Positions 63,518-64,000 of a stretch of DNA of 64,000 bases are shown piece by piece. The notes beneath the pieces are model-generated. The model did not search any database. It saw only the letters and a program-made list of their open reading frames with translations, and was not told the origin of the DNA. The DNA lies in NCBI RefSeq assembly GCF_006345805.1, contig NC_042999.1, positions 173,662,001 through 173,726,000 on the forward strand, in the 5' to 3' direction. Positions within the stretch are counted from its first letter, which is position 1. Every line of letters starts with the position of its first letter. The translations under genes were made by a program, and so were the position numbers. The DNA is from Octopus sinensis (Eukaryota).

Positions 63518-64000
63518 ACATTCAATCCGTCACTGTAACTGTAAAAATTTATAAAACTTTCCAGAAGTATATCATTTAGATATATAAGAGCATATGTAAC
63601 TATATGCATGAGGATACAAGCATAAACATACAAATCTGCGCATACATACATAACATACCATAACATAATATGAAGTTAAAGATCAGTGAAAAAGAAAATA
63701 CCTACGCTGAACAATTGAAGAGTCTACAGCTACTCTTTCCAGATTACAAGGTCAGGTATATACCTGTAATTATTGGGATACTGCGATATGTAACACACTG
63801 TCTAAATACCAATTTTGAGAAATTAGGGTTCTCAAAACCAGAAAGGAGAAAGCTGATTCGATGACTACATATCCAATCTATCACTGGAACTGTAAAATTC
63901 TATAAAACTTACCAGAAGTTTATCATTTAAATATATATGATCAAGTCTAGATATGTAACTATATACATGAGAATGCATGCACAAAACATACAAATCTGCA
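63518..64000 (+). mobile_element. Two stacked 3' ends of a REL LINE of the 33020-33800 type, within (CATA)n
   Basis: 63518-63643 is a diverged direct copy of about 63868-64000. 63670-63930 encodes KISEKENTY..LFPDYKVRYIPVIIG..SITGTVKFYKT, matching 33470-33705. Confidence 0.85.

Overview
AT-rich, microsatellite-saturated eukaryotic DNA. The (TA)n/(CATA)n/(AAT)n density and the repeated tRNA-headed SINE families suggest a cephalopod (octopus-type) genome, but that is inference. No host protein-coding gene, rRNA, true tRNA or CRISPR array can be supported. Most entries in the ORF track are microsatellite artefacts (YIYI, MYVC, poly-L/S/K/D). The window is mainly layered transposon remains: RTE, CR1, Tx1/L1-like and REL-endonuclease (R4/Dong/NeSL-type) LINE pieces, a Penelope-like GIY-YIG remnant, a Ty3/Gypsy pol remnant, Tigger, Tc1, mariner, DD37D and MULE pieces, and about ten SINE copies. 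Three things stand out. (1) A 6.1-kb Helitron (55637-61754, minus) with both termini intact and a full-length STPR-like/Zn-finger/HUH-Rep/PIF1 coding region; the frameshifts I could diagnose look like single-base homopolymer losses, so it may be intact in vivo. A second 454-bp Helitron lies 83 bp downstream in the same orientation. (2) A 490-bp fold-back (30414-30903) whose arms each carry a Pol III B-box and a damaged minimal type I hammerhead ribozyme motif; the consensus of the two arms restores a canonical core. (3) A recurring theme of inverted duplications: a near-perfect 95-bp hairpin, short IRs beside (TA)n, and a mariner fold-back nested in a Tc1 fold-back. All calls were made by eye with no database searches. 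Boundaries of degenerate remnants are approximate.
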